A stretch of 40,921 bases of DNA, from the NCBI GenBank assembly GCA_963729045.1, contig CAVSMN010000006.1, positions 1-40,921 of the forward strand. Reading direction: 5' to 3'. The stretch comes from an uncultured Nitrososphaeraceae archaeon. GTDB taxonomy: Archaea; Thermoproteota; Nitrososphaeria; Nitrososphaerales; Nitrososphaeraceae. The notes beneath the pieces are model-generated. The model was not told where the DNA came from. It made no database searches and saw only the letters and a list, made by a program, of their open reading frames with translations. Below, in pieces: positions 1 through 10,732 of this stretch. The translations under genes and the position numbers were made by a program. Numbering within the stretch: the stretch's first letter is position 1; the number at the start of each line of letters is the position of its first letter.

Positions 1-11
1 TCAATTTTTTA

Positions 12-770
12 TTATCTGTTTGCCATTAAAGGTATTATTCAAGTATGAAAAAAACGAATTATATCTTCGGGAGACAATTTTACAAGTTTATTTTTTCCAA
101 ATCCATTATAATCAAATCAGTTAAATTCACTGTTATAATTCTTTTTAAAATATTTTATTAAAAAAGAAATGTTTTTTTTTCTAAAAGATAATAAAAATTG
201 TATATCATCTATGATTTTATTTGCAAAGGGTGACGTCTTGGAGAAATTTCAATCAATACTGAATCAACTTGGGGTTGGGAGTAAACGAGGAACGGGGAAC
301 ATCCAACAGCACCTTCATGCAAAACCGATATTGAGAAATTATTGAAATAGCCCTATAATTTTTGTATCCGGGTGGCGATAAAAGTTTTTCTACAAATTCG
401 CGTTGTAATAAAAGTATACCCTTTTTAAAATCTCTTTGGCACAGCCATGAAAAAGCATGTCGGCTTTCATTGTAAGGTAGGCTAGAGAAAAAAACATCAA
501 AGGGAATAGTCAGATTTTTTAAAACCATCTAGTTAATAATGCTAGATTAGCATGTTTCAAATTTCTTTTACAATGAAAGTACAGAGTAGAATCGAATTCA
601 AAAGAATGTACAAATTTTGAGATTTTGCATAGCTCATTAGTTAAAATCCCCTTTCCACTTCCAACTTCATATACAACATCATTGCTATTGATTTTAGATA
701 ATGAATAATTTTTTTAATCATAGTATCGTCGACAAGGAAATGTTGTCCTAAAATGGTATGGTTTTTTCAA
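12..770 (-). pseudogene. rsmA: 16S rRNA dimethyladenosine transferase RsmA/KsgA, multiply frameshifted as assembled (ends approximate)
   Basis: Manual minus-strand translation across frames gives LGQHFLVD, VYEVGSGKGILT (SAM motif), SSLPYN...LLLQREFVEKLLSPPGYKNY (ORF 253..528), P(K)VDSVLI and KLSPEDI. Sits in the conserved archaeal rpl21e-rpo4-DUF655-ksgA order. Confidence 0.88.
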
Positions 771-843
771 TGTGAGTTGAGAAATTTTTTTTCCTAACTT
801 TTTTGAATAGATTGCCGTGAAAATTCTGGAATAAAAATTACCC

Positions 844-1446
844 CTATTTTCTTACAAAGATATTCATTCGGGTTTCGCCAGAAATTTCATCGTATATTCT
901 TTTTGCAATCAATTTTGTTACATCTCGTAATCCCGTCCTATTTTGTAGATCTGAAAATGATTCGAATTTTCGCTTATCTCTTTCATCCAGTATGGACTTC
1001 ATATATGTTTTCCCTATTCCAGGAATAAGCTCAAGGGAATGAACCCGTGGTGTCATTGGTTGAGCGGAATTGAAATAATCTATAAATCGTTTTTCATTTA
1101 CATTGACTATTTTTTCAATTACAATTGGTAATTCATTTTTTGCGGATTGAGAAATATGAGTATAATCAAGTCTGCCCAATACACTAATAATTTTCTCTCG
1201 CCCATCTTTACCGATATACACACGTTCACCAATACTAAATTTTTCGTTACTAATTCCCAATAATTCTAATAATGTTAAATGCTCTTCACCTATTGCATGA
1301 ATAATTACTCCCTCCCTCATTCTCACTATAGAAGATTTTCCATTTTGAATATAATCTAAAATGTAAGCATACTCTTCGAATTTTCGTGGAGAAAAAGTAT
1401 CACTATGTCTACTATAATTATCCCTGTTTGAATTATACCTTGACAA
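844..1446 (-). CDS. DUF655 family nucleic-acid-binding protein
   Basis: EEYAYILDY, AIGEEHLTLLEL and HhH motif HSLELIPGIGK; conserved position between rpo4 and ksgA. Confidence 0.9.
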   Translation of the reverse strand: MSRYNSNRDNYSRHSDTFSPRKFEEYAYILDYIQNGKSSIVRMREGVIIHAIGEEHLTLLELLGISNEKFSIGERVYIGKDGREKIISVLGRLDYTHISQSAKNELPIVIEKIVNVNEKRFIDYFNSAQPMTPRVHSLELIPGIGKTYMKSILDERDKRKFESFSDLQNRTGLRDVTKLIAKRIYDEISGETRMNIFVRK

Positions 1447-1489
1447 AATTTGTTTTACCTTTACAAATATATAAGAAATGACTTTTTAT

Positions 1490-1867
1490 TTAACTTTCAA
1501 CTTGTGATTGAAGTTGTTCGTCCCCATTATTCTCACTCTTAGAGAGTAAAATGGATTTAATCTTTTCAAGTTTTTCTGTAACTATTAATTTTTTCCACCC
1601 AAATGTAAAAGCCCTCAATTCTTCTATGGATCGCGGCATTACATTTACCAATTCTACAGACTCTTCATTGGTCAAATCACCTTCAGCCACAAGCCTATCG
1701 ACCATTTCTTTAGCTGGCTCGTAATCAACCTTTGAAAACTTTTTAGAGTAATCAAATGTCCAACGTTGAATTTGATCCATCTCATCCACAGGAATAGATT
1801 CTAATATTTTTTTCACTTCAGACAAAGTGACGATCTCTCTTTTTATTACTTCGGGCAAATCAAGCAC
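1490..1867 (-). CDS. rpo4: DNA-directed RNA polymerase subunit Rpo4 (RpoF)
   Basis: TLSEVKKIL, DYSKKFSK, LVNVMPRSIEELR; directly downstream of rpl21e. Confidence 0.9.
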   Translation of the reverse strand: MLDLPEVIKREIVTLSEVKKILESIPVDEMDQIQRWTFDYSKKFSKVDYEPAKEMVDRLVAEGDLTNEESVELVNVMPRSIEELRAFTFGWKKLIVTEKLEKIKSILLSKSENNGDEQLQSQVES

Positions 1868-1882
1868 ACACTTTATAATTAG

Positions 1883-2167
1883 TTAGACAACTATTGGTCG
1901 AATATGATTAAGTTTTGTTTGCAAGTACTTTGGCTTACTTCCGAACACTACAACGACTTTAACTATGCGTCTGCCAACATGCTCGATTATTCCAACTTTG
2001 CCCTGAAAACGTCTATGAGGCATAGTATTATGCTCACTTGGGTCTATATCAATTACAACTTTATCACCTGGTTTATATTCTATGAGCAAATATGATATAC
2101 CGGTAATTTTGTTAGATTTTGTTAATATCGATCGGGATTTCCTTCTAGTTCCGTGTGATGAGGGCAT
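1883..2167 (-). CDS. rpl21e: 50S ribosomal protein L21e
   Basis: MPSSHGTRRKSR...GDKVVIDIDPS...MPHRRFQGKVG signature. Confidence 0.96.
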   Translation of the reverse strand: MPSSHGTRRKSRSILTKSNKITGISYLLIEYKPGDKVVIDIDPSEHNTMPHRRFQGKVGIIEHVGRRIVKVVVVFGSKPKYLQTKLNHIRPIVV

Positions 2168-2233
2168 AACATCATTTCATAAATACCCTAATAAAAATTA
2201 TTTACAATAAAATACAATATCTCTACTTGTACT

Positions 2234-3250
2234 TCATTTTTTTATAGGATCAGAAATTCCAGATTCTCCTATTGAAAACAAAATTTCACTCTCAGGATGA
2301 TTTGGCGAATCGACAATTCTAGCGATCCGATTTCTGTCGGCCTTTCTCAGAAAAATCCGGTATGTACTAGAATGCGCGAAGATATTTCCGCCAGCAGCTT
2401 TAAAGGCATTCCCGGCAAAACCCGATTCTGGTGAGGACTGAACCTGATTGGTTAATAAGACGGCGATTTGGTGAGTTTGAGCGATCCTCATAATAGTATG
2501 AACTAACTTATTCAAACGCTGTTGACGGATTGATAGGGTAGATAACCCCAGAAATTCAGAACGGTATAAAGAGATCGCAGAATCAAATATCATTAACTTT
2601 ATGTCTTGAGACTCAATTATTCTGCTTGACTCAGACAATATCAGTTCCTGATGCGAACTACTGTATGCCTTTGCAACCACAATGTTATCAAGGATTTTAG
2701 TTGGGTTTAGAGCACGGGCTCTTGAAATGGCATCAATTCTTTCGGGTCTAAAAGTATTTTCGGTATCAATAAATAGTGCTCCGCCTTCTAGCCCGCCTTC
2801 CGAATGATTGAGTTGTACCATTACGCAAGCAGTATGACATAACTGCGTTTTCCCCGTTCCGAATTCCCCGTAAACTTCGGTAATAGCATTAGTTTCAATT
2901 CCACCCCCAAGAAGTTTGTCAAAGTTCTCAGAACCCGTAGAAATCCTTCCTATTTTTTTTCGTTTATGATACAAGGCGGTAGCGGGAGTAAAGCGCTTTT
3001 CCATTATTCCAAACTCCTCAAGAAATGTAATAGATTGATTATAAATGAAGGTAGAATCATCGATACTGATTCCAGCTCTAGTAGAAATTTCAAACGGTCC
3101 CTCTATAACCAGATCTTTTATGGACAGATAGCCTGATTCTTTTAATAACTTTATCATATCATCGGGTAAATTAGGTAATAAATCTAAAGAAAAAGGATTT
3201 TTATTCGATTTAGTATTAAAGAACGGACTAGAATCTGGACTAAAATTCAA
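2234..3250 (-). CDS. radA: RadA/Rad51-family recombinase (possibly a divergent paralog)
   Basis: Walker A GEFGTGKT, IDTENTFRPER, FxxA motif (FTPA), RQQRL, LLTNQV, GGN..AH..TYR, RIARIVDSP. Confidence 0.85.
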   Translation of the reverse strand: MNFSPDSSPFFNTKSNKNPFSLDLLPNLPDDMIKLLKESGYLSIKDLVIEGPFEISTRAGISIDDSTFIYNQSITFLEEFGIMEKRFTPATALYHKRKKIGRISTGSENFDKLLGGGIETNAITEVYGEFGTGKTQLCHTACVMVQLNHSEGGLEGGALFIDTENTFRPERIDAISRARALNPTKILDNIVVAKAYSSSHQELILSESSRIIESQDIKLMIFDSAISLYRSEFLGLSTLSIRQQRLNKLVHTIMRIAQTHQIAVLLTNQVQSSPESGFAGNAFKAAGGNIFAHSSTYRIFLRKADRNRIARIVDSPNHPESEILFSIGESGISDPIKK

Positions 3251-3457
3251 ATATACATTATTTTATCTAATCCAATATTTCAATAATGCTAATAATTCGG
3301 ACTAAACAATGTTAAAGGCAAATTAGAAAAATATGGAATGGGACTAATCTAACGAAAAAGAATGCCATAATTTTAGTTTATTATCTGAAGCATGATGTAG
3401 TCATGGGTTTAATAAATAAACTATATTAAATCTAATTGAAGACGATCTTTAATAGAC

Positions 3458-4132
3458 GTGATTGTTGACTTAAACCTGAAAGGCAGAAATATCTTGGTGA
3501 TAGGGGCTGGCATGGAGGGCGCCAAGAGGATAAAATCGTTGTCTAAACACGATTGCAAAATAATAATAATAAGCGAAACTGTCAATGAATCACTTTATGA
3601 AATAGAGGGAAAAAATAATCCAATCATTATAATAAGAAGAAAAATTGAGGATCCAAGTATCATAGATGAGTTTAATGATATTTTTGTAGTTTTTGCATCA
3701 ACTAATGATCCATTTTTGAACAAAAAAATTATAGAGAGGGCAAAGGAGAAAGGACTACTATCTTATAGCATTGATGATGCCTCAGCAAGTGATTTCTTTT
3801 TCACTTCGATAATAAATGTTGATGAAATAATTCAGATAGCAATTTCCACGTCGGGGAAAAGCCCCTTAATGAGCAAAATCATTAGAGACAGAATTGAAAA
3901 TGCTATAAAAAATATAATAGGGAAAAAAGATACAGATAATATTAAAATTCAAGAATTTGCCAGAGAACATGTAAGAGACTACATCGAGAATCAACATGAA
4001 AGAAGGAAGTTTTTGTACAGCATAGTAGACAATCGAGAGATTCAAGAATTAATAGCAAAAAATAACATAGATAAGGTCAAAGAAAGAATTATTAATACAT
4101 TAGATAAATGGGAGGATAATAAAAGCAGATGA
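3458..4132 (+). CDS. sirC: Precorrin-2 dehydrogenase / sirohydrochlorin ferrochelatase (SirC/Met8/CysG-N family)
   Basis: LNLKGRNILVIGAG Rossmann motif, ASTND, IAISTSGKSP; first gene of the hem cluster. Confidence 0.9.
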   Translation: MIVDLNLKGRNILVIGAGMEGAKRIKSLSKHDCKIIIISETVNESLYEIEGKNNPIIIIRRKIEDPSIIDEFNDIFVVFASTNDPFLNKKIIERAKEKGLLSYSIDDASASDFFFTSIINVDEIIQIAISTSGKSPLMSKIIRDRIENAIKNIIGKKDTDNIKIQEFAREHVRDYIENQHERRKFLYSIVDNREIQELIAKNNIDKVKERIINTLDKWEDNKSR

Positions 4133-5415
4133 CGCTATATCTAGGAGTACAATCATCACAATTTGTCAATATAAGAGTCACATTTAAAAATTCCCCTATT
4201 CACATATTAGAAAAATTTGCTTTTAAAGATGTTTTTGATGCTCATCAATACCTGTTGAATTTGGCTGATTTGCAAGAATGTATTATTTTGCAGACATGTA
4301 ATCGTGTTGAAATTTATGGTGTAGGAATAAATCCTGATTATGAGAATTTAATTACCGCATGGTCTTCTTTAATTAATTTACCAGCAGATCAAGTGAAAAA
4401 TAATGTAATAATAAACGATGGGGAAGAAGCTTTAAAACATCTAGTGAAATTAACATCTGGGCTTGATTCGTTAGTAGTAGGCGAGGATCAAATTTTGGGT
4501 CAGGTCAAAAGATCCCTAGAGTTTTCAAGAAAAAACGGATTTGCAGGTCCGAATCTAAACATACTTTTTGACAAGACAATAAAAATAGGAAGCAGAGTTA
4601 GAACTTTAACAGGTATTAACAAAGGAAGCACATCAGTTGGGTCTATGGCAGTAAATTTAGCGTATGAATATTTTGATGACATAAAAGAAAAAGAGATTCT
4701 CCTCATTGGCTCTGGAGAGGGAGCTAGTTTAATCGCGAAAGCTCTGAAACAAAGAAATATGAAATTTTTTGTTACAAGCAGAACTTTTGAAAGAGCACGA
4801 TCATTTGCAGATACTGTAGCTGGTTCCCCCATACCTTTTGAAACGGCATTGGAAAAAATCAATGACAATATAGATATTGTATTCATCTCAACGGTTGCTC
4901 CATATTATTTACTAACATATGAGAGAATTGCCAATATGATGAAAAACAGAAACAAGGGATTAATGATTTTTGATTTATCAAATCCCAGAACTGTAGAAGA
5001 TAAGATTGCTACTCTAAATAATATCAAATTGGTAAATATCGATCAAATTTCAGAAATTGTAGAAAAGAATGTTGGAAGAAGGAAAAAAGAAATTCAATCA
5101 GCAGAAAAGATAATAAATGATGAACTGATAGCAATCAAGGAAATTTTAAAAAGAAAGAGTTCTGAACCAGCTATAATAACCATATTCAAGAATGCAGATT
5201 CTATAAGAAACAAAGAATTCAAAAAGGCCTTATCATTAATTGGTAATAGAGTTAGTAATGATGATATTAAGATTCTTGAACAGTTTTCATATGCACTAGT
5301 AGAAGGGATATTATCTACACCTATGAATAACTTACGAAAGGAATTTGCAAATAATAAAAATGAAAATGAATTAATAAATTTGGCTTTAAAGTTATTTAAT
5401 TATGAAAAACCGTAA
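4129..5415 (+). CDS. hemA: Glutamyl-tRNA reductase
   Basis: QTCNRVEIY, SGLDSLVVGEDQILGQVK, IGSGE, DLSNPR. Confidence 0.97.
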   Translation: MTLYLGVQSSQFVNIRVTFKNSPIHILEKFAFKDVFDAHQYLLNLADLQECIILQTCNRVEIYGVGINPDYENLITAWSSLINLPADQVKNNVIINDGEEALKHLVKLTSGLDSLVVGEDQILGQVKRSLEFSRKNGFAGPNLNILFDKTIKIGSRVRTLTGINKGSTSVGSMAVNLAYEYFDDIKEKEILLIGSGEGASLIAKALKQRNMKFFVTSRTFERARSFADTVAGSPIPFETALEKINDNIDIVFISTVAPYYLLTYERIANMMKNRNKGLMIFDLSNPRTVEDKIATLNNIKLVNIDQISEIVEKNVGRRKKEIQSAEKIINDELIAIKEILKRKSSEPAIITIFKNADSIRNKEFKKALSLIGNRVSNDDIKILEQFSYALVEGILSTPMNNLRKEFANNKNENELINLALKLFNYEKP

Positions 5416-6490
5416 CGTAGATAAATCAAGGAACATAGACAAGAACCAAAGTATAGATAGCGATTTTAGAGATAACACAACTTTCATCTCAGATAAACAT
5501 TCTAGTTATGAACTCTTTCCAAAAATGCGATTAAGGAGATTAAGAAAAACTGCTGCTATAAGAGAACTCTTCCAAGAGATACGTTTATCTCCTAAAGACT
5601 TTGTTATGCCTATATTTGTTCAAGAAGGGATAAACAAAAATCTGGAAATAGAATCAATGCCAGGAATATTTAGATATTCTCCAGATAAAATTTTAGAAGA
5701 AATTGACCAGATTTCAACCCTTGGAATTAAGGGAATAATTCTCTTTGGGATCCCACTAAAGAAAGACCCTAATGGAAAAAATTCATTCAATGACAAAGGT
5801 ATTGTTCAAGAAACCATCAAATCCATTAAGAAAAACTTTGGAGAAAAATTAGCTATAATTACGGATGTATGCCTATGCCAGTATACATCCCATGGCCATT
5901 GTGGAATTTTCCAAGGAAATGAGATTAATAACGACAAATCTTTGGATATACTGTCAAAGACTGCTTTAAGCCATGCGGTCGCCGGTGCTGACATAGTAGC
6001 ACCCTCAGCCATGATGGATGGCCAGGTAAAATCTATAAGAGATATTCTTGATGATAATGAATTTAAGGATACACTAATAATGGGATATTCTGCCAAACAG
6101 GCATCATCTTTTTTTTCTCCATTTAGAGACGCAGCACACTCTAAACCTGAATTTGGAAATAGACTTTCATATCAAATGAGCTATCATAATTCAAGAGAAG
6201 CCAGTAGAGAAATTAAATCAGATGTAGAAGAAGGTGCAGATGTACTAATGATAAAACCAGCGATACCCAATTTAGATTTAATTTATGCTGCAAAGCAAAA
6301 TACTCTTCATCCTATTGCAGCATATAGTGTATCTGGAGAATATTCCATGATAAAAGCAGCTACGTTGAATAATTGGATGGATGAAAATCTAGCTGTTACG
6401 GAATCTCTGACGGCTATCAAACGAGCAGGTGCAAATATTATAATATCTTATTATGCAAAAAAAATGGCAGAAATTTTAAGGAATAGTTAG
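5402..6490 (+). CDS. hemB: Porphobilinogen synthase (Zn-type)
   Basis: RLRRLR, DVCLCQYTSHGHCG, APSAMMDG, PFRDAA, LMIKPA, AYSVSGEYSM. Confidence 0.97.
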   Translation: MKNRNVDKSRNIDKNQSIDSDFRDNTTFISDKHSSYELFPKMRLRRLRKTAAIRELFQEIRLSPKDFVMPIFVQEGINKNLEIESMPGIFRYSPDKILEEIDQISTLGIKGIILFGIPLKKDPNGKNSFNDKGIVQETIKSIKKNFGEKLAIITDVCLCQYTSHGHCGIFQGNEINNDKSLDILSKTALSHAVAGADIVAPSAMMDGQVKSIRDILDDNEFKDTLIMGYSAKQASSFFSPFRDAAHSKPEFGNRLSYQMSYHNSREASREIKSDVEEGADVLMIKPAIPNLDLIYAAKQNTLHPIAAYSVSGEYSMIKAATLNNWMDENLAVTESLTAIKRAGANIIISYYAKKMAEILRNS

Positions 6491-6574
6491 AGAAATGAAA
6501 GTTTAGTTTGGTTTGATATAGAATAGTCAAACATTAGGTAATCAAGTATAATACTATAGAAAATTATAAAAAAA

Positions 6575-7533
6575 TTAAGGTATTGGAGAGAACACATGAA
6601 TGTCTGTATCTTTCCCATCGGCCACGTATACATCTCCTTGGGAATCCAATGCAATTCCGACCGGATCCTCAACCCTCTCATGTAATGCACCTGTATTTCC
6701 AAATTGAGTGATATACGTACCATTATTGTAAAAACTTGAATTCTGTTGTTATCACTATCTGACACGTAAACATTGTTAGCAGGATCTATTGCTAAATCTA
6801 TAGGTGCTTTAAATTGACCATTGCCTGATCCGAAGGTTCCGAATTTCATCAAGTAATTTCCATTCTGATCGAATTTTTGTACCCTGTTGTTACTAGAATC
6901 AGTTACAAAAATATTATTATTTGAATCCACGGCTACATCCGCAGGATTATTAAATTGACCATTACCAATACCCGGAGACCCAAAACTCATCATGAAATAC
7001 CCATTCGGATCGAATTTCTGTACGTTATTATTTTCTCCAAAGTCTGTGGCATAAAGATTATTTTCTTTGTCCACGCCGACACCACCTGGATTAATAAATA
7101 ATCCAGGACCAAGACCAAATGATCCTATAGATCGAATAAATGTGCCATTGGAGGTAAATTCTTTTATTGCATAAGTGGGATTTCCAAAGTCAGCTATGTA
7201 AACAGAATCATTGGAATTTATTGCAATGCCAGCAGGATTAGTAAAGTACTGTGGCCCATTGCCAAATGTACCAAAACCAAGGATAAATGTGCCATTAGGA
7301 GTAAACTTTTGGATCATTTTGGTTGTATATCCGGCAAAATCTGATACATACACATTATCTTCAGAGTCAACACCGATACCAGAAACCTGGTTAAATTGAC
7401 CTTGAGCAACACCTTTCTCCCCCCACATAGTTTTATGTGCAAATTCGAGGGCATATGCAGAGAAGTGGCTTGCCGTTAATAACATCACACCAATTACAAG
7501 TGTGCTTAAAATAGCAAATGGAATAAGCTTCAT
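6575..7533 (-). CDS. Secreted NHL-repeat six-bladed beta-propeller protein; one-base frameshift near 6730
   Basis: Signal peptide plus repeats GQFxxPxGIAVDxxxNVYVxD. After ...NNRIQVF the last repeat continues in another frame (NNGTYITQFGNTG...DPVGIALDSQGDVYVAD...VFSPIP*, stop at 6575-6577), so the tail in the ORF track is spurious. Confidence 0.88.
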
Positions 7534-7607
7534 CTCGTAATATCAATGATCCATTATTTAAATAGTTTTTTAAAGTCCAAAAATAAAAAGAAGAAAAATT
7601 CGGTTAT

Positions 7608-8195
7608 TTAATGATCCAGCGTATTATTACCGGGTCCATTTTGTAGAGGAGAATTCTGAATGGACCTGTCAAATTCAGGGCTCGCCACTATTCCAAATAT
7701 GGTATGTGAATCGCCAAAATGATGATCTACACTTTCAGGATCAAGCCATATTGATATTACACTCTTATTTGACAATGTAATGGAAGTAGGAATGTCAAGT
7801 GCAGGACCTTTGGCAAGGCTAACAGTGGAAGTCCCATTATAGAATGTAGAATTAGTATCAGATTGCGATGAATTTAACAAAGTAAAATCAGTTACAGTAT
7901 GTGTATGTCTACCAGTACCATCAGGTCGAATCATTTCAATTGCTGCATTAAATGAACTACTGTTTGTATCAGAGGAGGTATCAGTAGCGTTAGGTAAACT
8001 TGCTCTCCATACTCCTGCCAGTACCCAATCAATTGTACCGTTATTATCCTGTGTTAATCCAGTAATAGGTCCAAAAACATAAGTATTGTCAAGAAAATCA
8101 ATAGGCAATGCCAAAGTGGTAGTTGCAATCAAGCCTAAAAAAGCAAAACCACTTATCAACATAACAACAAGGATTAATGTTACATAATTTTGCAT
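7608..8195 (-). CDS. Secreted or membrane-anchored hypothetical protein
   Basis: N-terminal hydrophobic helix, S/T/N-rich body, His motifs HTHT and DHHFG. Confidence 0.75.
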   Translation of the reverse strand: MQNYVTLILVVMLISGFAFLGLIATTTLALPIDFLDNTYVFGPITGLTQDNNGTIDWVLAGVWRASLPNATDTSSDTNSSSFNAAIEMIRPDGTGRHTHTVTDFTLLNSSQSDTNSTFYNGTSTVSLAKGPALDIPTSITLSNKSVISIWLDPESVDHHFGDSHTIFGIVASPEFDRSIQNSPLQNGPGNNTLDH

Positions 8196-8463
8196 TAACT
8201 GTTATGGACATTTGCCTTTATTATCTTTTATGAATTTCTTATTAAAGATAAATTAAGAAGTGATTAAAGTATTTTGAAAGATCTGTCCATAAAGAGATAG
8301 TCCAGCAGTTGACAGGTTTTCCTACCTAGCCACTTTCGGTGATCTGAATTTTCTAAAAAATAATTATTAATTCAAAGAATTTTACAACCTATTAATTTCT
8401 GTCTATTTAAGAATACGCAGATAAATGATTAGACATATAAGTGTATGACTTTTTATAATAGGT

Positions 8464-8628
8464 ATGAGTTTTTTACAGCATTTAACTTTTATGCTTGCTG
8501 TAATACTCGCAACTATATTCATTATCTCATTAGTTTTTAATCAAACAATGACCTATTACAGGATTCTAGAAAAAGCGAGAAAATTTGGAAAAAAAACCAA
8601 AATCAGGAAACAAGCAGCTAGTTTTTAA
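8464..8628 (+). CDS. Small single-pass membrane protein (54 aa), below the ORF-track cutoff
   Basis: MSFLQHLTFMLAVILATIFIISLVFNQTMTYYRILEKARKFGKKTKIRKQAASF*: one TM helix followed by a basic tail; AT-rich TATA-like sequence upstream. Confidence 0.5.
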   Translation: MSFLQHLTFMLAVILATIFIISLVFNQTMTYYRILEKARKFGKKTKIRKQAASF

Positions 8629-9433
8629 AATCATGTTGTCGATTATTTAGGATACATTTTTAATCATCCTCTAACGTGCCAAATACTAAGATTTAGAATT
8701 CAGATGTTTCAATAAACCAAAATCGTGATTAAATCACACTGAAGGTCAAAATATTGGGACCGCTGCAATAGATAAAATCATTACAGAAGTAATGTCAGCC
8801 TTTTAGTAGACCATTCCTAGAATTTGCTAAAAGATTGTCACTAAACAATGATATTCTAATAAAGTTACAAATATTATGTGAGTTGGGTTTCTGGAATAAT
8901 TATTACCATAATTGGTGTAATATTTTATTCGATTTCAAGCATGCTGCCTCCTTGTGCAAATACCATAGCGAAGATAGTAGGGTTTATTCTAGCAATAGTT
9001 GGAATAGTATTAATAATATTGGCAGCAGCAAGATAGAGTTCTTCATAGTTTCCTTTAAATCATATTTTTTCTACTATTTTGACCATGCAGATCAAAATCT
9101 AGTATTTATAAATTGTCCCTTTCTTGTTGTTGATGAAGAAGGCATGTATATAGCATAGATGTCTACTTAGTCCTTGTCTTATACATATGACTCCAAACAA
9201 ATGAAAATCCAAGGAAAAACAAAATTGTTTCGATCACTTGAATAGTAGCTAATGAATGTAAATATGTATGTAGGTATGCACCTATCCAGAAGGTAGAAAC
9301 AATCAAAGAATCATCCAAAACTCCAATTAATGAGATGATCGAAAGTTAGACATTTTTAGACCAAAAGTGTTGATAATTAAAATATTAGATAATGTATATC
9401 TAGAACATATAACCAACAATATCATTATACCTC

Positions 9434-10732
9434 ATGACGGATATAACATTTGACAAATCACGTATTCTATTTGAAAAAGCATCCAAAGTGATTCCAGGAG
9501 GGGTTAATAGTCCAGTCAGATATTTTCAACCGTACCCTTTTTTTGTTGAATCTGCCAACGCAAGTAGGCTATTTACCAATGATGGTAATGTATTAATTGA
9601 TTATTGCCTAGGTTACGGATCAGTTTTTCTAGGACATGGTAATCAACAAATAGGCTCTGAAATAAAGAGTCAGATAGACAAAGGCAATTTATTTTGTACG
9701 CCTACAGAAAAGGAAACTCAGCTAGCTGAAATTTGTTCCAAAATAATTCCATGTGCAGAAATGATAAGAATTATGAATACTGGAGCTGAGGCAACGATGC
9801 ATTCGATTCGCTTAGCAAGAGCATTTACAAGAAAATCAAAGATAATAAAATTTGAGGGTGGATATCATGGTGCTTATGATTATGTCCTAAATAAAGCTGG
9901 TTCTGGGGCAGCCAATCAAGAATATTCTGATGGCATATTATCAGAGAGTGCCTCAAAAACCATCACCGTTCCCTATAATGATCTAGAGTCACTTAACTCG
10001 GCGATAGATAATGAACAGAATCGCAATGACATAGCCTGTATCATAGTTGAACCAGTTATGGCTAATACGGGTCTAATTCTTCCTGAAAAAGATTATCTTA
10101 ATAGTATTCGAAACCTAACTAAACAAAATAACATTGTTTTGATATTTGACGAAGTGGTAACTGGATTTAGATTAGCCTTGGGTGGAGCAAGCGAATTTTT
10201 TGGTATAAAACCAGATATGGCTACATTTGCCAAAACTTTGGGAAATGGATATCCTATCTCACTTCTTGCAGGCAGCAGAGAAATATTGTCGGGATTAGCT
10301 CCCAGTGGATCGGTATATCAAGCTAGTACATACGCTGGGAACCCAATTTCAGTAACAGCAGCCTTGAAAACTTTAGAGATCTTAATTGATGAAAAGAACA
10401 TCATATATCCCAGAGTAGCCAGAACTTGTGACAAATTAGTTGAAGCAGTAAGAAATATGGTACAAGACAAGAAAATTGACGCTACCGTAAATTCTATTGG
10501 CTCTATGTTTCAATTGTTTTTTTCGGATAAAATAATAAGCAACTATTATTCAGTAAAATCATCAAATACAAAGTTCTTTATGGACATGTTTAGAATATTA
10601 CTCGCAAAAGGTGTATTTATCCCACCTTCCCCGTTTGAGACCTGTTTTATTTCAACTCAACATAATGAGGAAGATCTTGAAAAAACTTTAGATGCTTATG
10701 AAACGGCATTATCGAAGGTGAAAAGGTATTAA
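9434..10732 (+). CDS. hemL: Glutamate-1-semialdehyde 2,1-aminomutase
   Basis: IPGGVNSPVR, KFEGGYHG, LIFDEVVTGFR, YQASTYAGNP. Confidence 0.97.
   Translation: MTDITFDKSRILFEKASKVIPGGVNSPVRYFQPYPFFVESANASRLFTNDGNVLIDYCLGYGSVFLGHGNQQIGSEIKSQIDKGNLFCTPTEKETQLAEICSKIIPCAEMIRIMNTGAEATMHSIRLARAFTRKSKIIKFEGGYHGAYDYVLNKAGSGAANQEYSDGILSESASKTITVPYNDLESLNSAIDNEQNRNDIACIIVEPVMANTGLILPEKDYLNSIRNLTKQNNIVLIFDEVVTGFRLALGGASEFFGIKPDMATFAKTLGNGYPISLLAGSREILSGLAPSGSVYQASTYAGNPISVTAALKTLEILIDEKNIIYPRVARTCDKLVEAVRNMVQDKKIDATVNSIGSMFQLFFSDKIISNYYSVKSSNTKFFMDMFRILLAKGVFIPPSPFETCFISTQHNEEDLEKTLDAYETALSKVKRY

Noticed and set aside
8835..9158. 107-aa + strand ORF
   Set aside because: TTG start, atypical composition and no motif; the minus strand looks more like a decayed signal-peptide gene.
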